Shown here one piece after another: positions 59,308 to 64,000 of a stretch of DNA of 64,000 nt. Source of the DNA: Rhynchopus sp. YZ270_cl-10 (lineage: Eukaryota). How positions within the stretch are numbered: position 1 is the stretch's first letter; every line of letters starts with the position of its first letter. The DNA lies in assembly GCA_964035575.1 (NCBI GenBank), contig OZ037843.1, forward strand, positions 1,550,001 to 1,614,000, read 5' to 3'. Below the pieces are notes generated by a model. It did no database searches and was not told the DNA's origin. It saw only the letters and a program-made list of their open reading frames with translations. Made by a program: the position numbers and the translations under genes.

Positions 59308-60211
59308 CAGGGTATTAGGGTGAAAATCCAAAATCCCGGAAAAAACTGGTTTTTCTGGTTTTCTCTCCTGGGTGGCGAAAACTAGTGTTTCTGGCGAAAA
59401 CCTCCACCGTTGAAGGACACAGTCACCCTTTTCGGGTTTTTCGGGGGTGGGGTCAGTGTCTTATCCAGGAATCCGATTTCAAAATATTTTTCGGCGCTGC
59501 TGACCCAGGGTAGACATTGGGAACATAGGGACTGTATTTTTTTTTGCGGAGCAAAAAAATAATATAAAATGGCGCCGCAGGCAAAATTTTTTGAGGGTAC
59601 GGTGTAAAAAGCTAGCTTTTTACACCACAGAGCCACTCAAACGAACCCTTTTTTGCGGAGCAAAAAATGAAAAATGGCGCCGCAGGCAAAAAAAAATCAA
59701 GGAACAGCCATTTCCCAAAGGCACTCCTGTGGTTCAACCACGGTTCTACCAGGCGGGGAAAAAATGCGGGGGGAAAAATCGAGTCCGCCCTAATCTGGGG
59801 ACGACATTTACAGAAAGGCCTGGTGAAAAGTGTCGGTTTTTTTTTCCCCTCCATATGTCTCTGTTTTTTTTTTTTTTTAGTAAACACGTAGTATTTGACA
59901 AAATGCTCGAGACCCTCGTGAAAAGTCGCGCGTCTGCGTATCCCGCTCCCCGCTTGTTTCCCCCTCTTTTCCCCCCTGTGCTCCACGACACTTTCTGTAC
60001 TTCAGGCAAACACAACCATATCGTAAATCAAGTCGAAGAAGAAAAAAAAATTGTGGAAGCGAACAACAAACAACTTTTACTTTTCCCCCCCCCGTTTATA
60101 GTCTTTTGAGCAACAAGCAAAGAGGAACGAGTCTCTCGAGCATTTTTTGAAAACCAGTTTTTGGAAAAACTGGTTTTCAAAACCAGTTTTTTTAACCACC
60201 CTAATACCCTG
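59308..60211. mobile_element. hAT-like MITE, second unit, TSD ATTATAAT
   Basis: attataat|cagggtattagggtg ... caccctaataccctg|attataat. Confidence 0.9.
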
Positions 60212-62064
60212 ATTATAATAACAATAATAGCAAAGACAAAAGGGAGCATCACCTGCTTTCTTTTTATCTCAAAAAAAAAATAAAATGCCCTTTTTGACGT
60301 GTGAATGGCTGATTTGACGAATACTATTTTTTGCAGAAAGACCAACCATCACAAATCATCCTATTTTTTTGGGTGTATTTGTTATCAATATATTTTTTTT
60401 TGTGCGTTATTTCTCGAGTAAAAATACCTTTCAGCAAGGGCTGTGTCAGTCCGTTTTCCTTTTCTTTTCTTTTTTCTTTCTTTTTTTTTTTTTTGAAAAA
60501 ATATTCTCCCTCTATCCTTTTCTCGTTTTTTGTGTTTGTTTTGTTTTTTGGATGTTCCTGTATCCGTTCTTTGTAGGTTCTCTTTTGATTGGAATGTATG
60601 TGAAACTAAAAAAATTCTTTTTTTTCAAATCGCCACCAGCTGACTGCACACCCTCCACCGATGCAGTTGTTGTCCCCCCACCAGACAGCTCTACAAATAC
60701 AAGAAATGAATTTTCAGGTTGTGAACCGCCTCCGTTCTCTTTACGGTACGGAACACCCACGTCCCCACCCCTTTTGCACGATTTCGACGGAGATGCGTTT
60801 TGGCACATTTCAACCACTCTTTTTCAACGCATCCATCCTTAGATGCCTACAGCATTATTATCAATTTCATGTAATTTTGTTTAGGTACCACTGTCAAAGC
60901 GGGCTGTTGTATTTTTCAAAGTCAAAACTTTATTTTTGTGACCTCACTTTTTTTCTTCTTTCCCCCCTTTTTTCAATAATAATTATCAAACTATATCTCC
61001 CTTCGCAAAAAAAAAAACCTCACATTGGATATTATTTGCGGGGAATTTTGCGACCACAAAGTTCTCCAAGATTACAAAAAGGCTTCGGCCTACATTGAGC
61101 ACAGATCTTTATACCCCATGTGGGTTTTATGGGCCAGTGTACAAAAAACACAAACAAAAAAACGTGGCTGTTGACCCCCCATAGTTGTGTACCTGATTTT
61201 TCTTGAAATTTTTGGGGAGAATTTCTCAGAAAAGTGGAATTTAAACCCCACCAAAAATTTCAGGAGAAAGAATCAGGTGGTGTTGTGAGTCAGTCTTAGT
61301 AGGAAACCAACCAATGTTACAACAATTTCTTTCCTGTTTTCGAACCTTTCCCGAGAAAGAAAAAAAAAAGAAAAAGAAAACAAAACGCAACAGTCTGAAA
61401 AAGACGAGGGATTCTGGATCAAAACGCACATATCACGAACACATTCCCCTTTACAACAGGTGTATGGTGTTGTACTGCGATATTATCAAAAACAAAATAA
61501 AAAGCAATGCAATTCGACTACAAGCCCGAAAAGCGAAGGGTGTGCTTTTTGGAAGTTGAAATTATTTTTTTTAAAAAAAAACTATTTTAGAAAAAAAATG
61601 TTGTTCATTTAATTTGTCGCGTGGATGATCATACCTTTTTTTTTGATCACTATATTCTTGTATATTTTTTTTCCAGGAGCAAAAACAGTACAGAAATTCT
61701 TTCTTTTTTCGTGTGTGTGTGTGTACGTTTCCACTGCGCAGACAGAATCATGCACACTTCTTTCTCTCCATTTTTCTCTTATTTTTCCTTTCAAACATAT
61801 TTTTGCTGAACCTCACAAATGAGGGTAGTATCCTGGTCGTGACGTACGCGAATGTTCCTGCAGTCAACGCAGGGAAAGAAGCATCAACGATTGTGATACA
61901 GGATACGGGTGGTTCAGTGATTCCACAGAACCGACACCTTTTTTTTGGTGTTTTCTCGACTGCCAAATAAAAAAAAGAGAGAGTTTTTTTTTTTTTGAAG
62001 CAAGGAAAGAAAAGCAAGTTCTTTTCACATTTTTCTGCAACAAAAAATGATTGGGTGTTTCGTA

Positions 62065-62167
62065 CCGTAATCGTAAAAAATTCTGGGACGTAACAAAACT
62101 GGGACATTTTGGATTTTTTTTTTTAAACTTGGGACATTTTTACGTCCCAGAATATTTACGATTACGG
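62065..62167. mobile_element. ~100-bp MITE with TA TSD
   Basis: ta|ccgtaatcgtaaa..ttctgggacgtaa ... ttacgtcccagaa..tttacgattacgg|ta. Confidence 0.75.
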
Positions 62168-62610
62168 TAAGACTATCCTTTGTATTTCCTCTTAATGCAA
62201 ACCATATGAAACTATATTTTTTTTTGTTACTGCTTTCATCTGGATGGCTGGCATCGTACAGTGGGTCAGTCTGAGGTGCCTGCATCAACAACTACAGTTT
62301 TTTTTTTGTCTTTCCCACAGAATAGAGATGACAATATAATTGGATAAAAATGGCTACGTCTTTGTTTAGGGAAGGTGCTTTGTTCATACAAAATGGTGTT
62401 TTGTTTGGTTGTCCAGATAGCCTTCTCACATACCATTAAACGAGCAGGCGCGTAAAACCCAAGTTCATCGTACCAACTTTTTCCTTATATGTGTGTGCAC
62501 GAAAGGCACATCCAACGTACAACGTTTTCCCCTTTCCTTTCTCCAAGGTGGCTAAGCACGAGATGTTTTAGGTTAATCTCATTTTTCTTTCTTTCCCCCC
62601 CTTCTTATTA

Positions 62611-63015
62611 GGGCACGGTAATTTTTATTTTTGGTAAGCGTCTGCGTGCGTACTTTTTTTTTGAGATTCCAGGGAAAAAAATTATGTAGAAAAAAAAATT
62701 ATAAAGGGGGGCCCTCAATAACTCAACTATGTATTTTAGGTAAAAAATGTACATTTTTCAGCGCAAATTGACCCCATCACAGCACACACAGACTCCCGAG
62801 AGCCGAAATCAAAAAAAATTTCCCCCGATTTTTTGTGGGCAAAAATTGGTGGGAAAATATTTTTGGTACCTGTATTTCCCCCACTGTAATTTTCCTCTAT
62901 AATTTTTTTCACCACTCATAATTTTTTTTACTGCATAATTTTTTTTTGCGTGCGTGCGTACTTTTTTTTTTGAGAAGTGGTCTGACGCTTACCAAGAAAA
63001 AAAATTACCGTGCCC
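62611..63015. mobile_element. PIF/Harbinger-like MITE with TTA TSD
   Basis: tta|gggcacggtaattttt ... aaaaattaccgtgccc|tta. Confidence 0.85.
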
Positions 63016-63517
63016 TTATCTGGTTATTCTGCGCCTGTGTGGCCGTAGCAAGACAAATATTTGAATATGTGATCAAGGTGACTAAGCACGAGAGGCTTAG
63101 GGTCATCTTATGAACTTCTCTTTTTTCTTCAGGTTGGGGTTTCCAATACCCAAAATATTTACTTTTCTCTGGGATTCCTAGAAAAAAAAGTAGTCCGGGT
63201 ATTGTACTTTCGCACTGTCGTCAAAAAAAAGTTGACGGATTTCGATAATATAGGCTGACGTGGCATGCCCATTTGTCACTTTTTTACCACCCGATTTTAA
63301 ACCGACCACCACCAAGGACCTTAGGTGTCAATCAGCCTATATTTCCTCCAAAAAAAAAAGACCCCTTGGAGGGTAAGTCCTCCCTGAAGAGGATCTCGAG
63401 AGCACTGCTTCTTTTTTCTTCTTGACCAATATTTTCAAATCACATATTATTTACAACCCAGTGTCCTGCGCCCTCCGGTATACGGTGAGGCGTTTGCACT
63501 TCAAATTCTCTTTTCAA

Positions 63518-63550
<33 letters not shown>

Positions 63551-64000
63551 GAAAAATGCCCTGCTTATTTTAGCATCGAAAAAACTGAATCAATCACAGA
63601 ATAATGAACACCGTTCACGTACCAATCTGGGATCGTACTTAAGTCGAGGCTTTTTGGTTAGTTTGGCTGAGTATGGTTCTGTGTAGTACAGGGCGGAAAG
63701 TGAAATACATGGACGCTGTCCACTTCCCCTTTCTTCACCCCGATTTGTTTCCCCGTTTTTTTTTTTATTGTTTATTTTTTTGTGGATCCTGAGGTATCAT
63801 TTTTTAAAAAAGGAGAGAAAATACCATCAGCGATTAACAGTGAAAAACGTGTTTTTTTTTTGTGGACAGCACGTTAGACATAGTTGGTTGCCTACGATTT
63901 TCAATTTTTTTCATTAAACTTCTTGTCAACAAAAAATGAATGTTTTTGGAATAATAAAACAAAAACAAGATGTTTGAACTTTGCTCTAGTCAACATGTGC

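Noticed and set aside
46600..64000. Many short Phe/Lys-rich ORFs
   Set aside because: Products of A/T homopolymer runs in MITEs, with no coding signature.

Overview
Eukaryotic nuclear DNA, most likely from a euglenozoan such as a diplonemid (inference). The basis is that all host genes lie on the + strand, introns are rare and tiny GT-AG types, CA-rich CAG acceptor-like sites sit just before start codons, and the receptor families fit. Host genes: (1) a 3-exon type I membrane protein with repeated beta-rich domains and Pro/Thr stalks; (2) a solute-binding-protein/TM/class III cyclase receptor whose catalytic residues look degenerate; (3,4) two paralogous LamG-lectin/mucin-stalk/multi-TM receptors sharing an ~800-bp identical block; (5) a frameshifted ubiquitin-like/LRR gene; (6) a multi-pass membrane protein with an internal ubiquitin-like domain; (7) the stand-out, a 1747-aa NLR-like STAND protein. 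It has a myristoylation motif, ankyrin repeats, an ADP-ribosyltransferase domain with an intact R-S-ExE signature, a NACHT NTPase, pentapeptide repeats and 14 WD40 repeats. Intergenic DNA, including the gene-free last ~17 kb, is a dense mosaic of non-autonomous TIR transposons (8-bp, ATAT, TA, TTA and A-run target duplications). It also holds a 5'-truncated non-LTR retrotransposon with an 18-bp TSD, two long near-perfect inverted repeats, and several families of short co-oriented motifs followed by T-rich tracts. Domain calls are from motif recognition by eye; no database searches were run.
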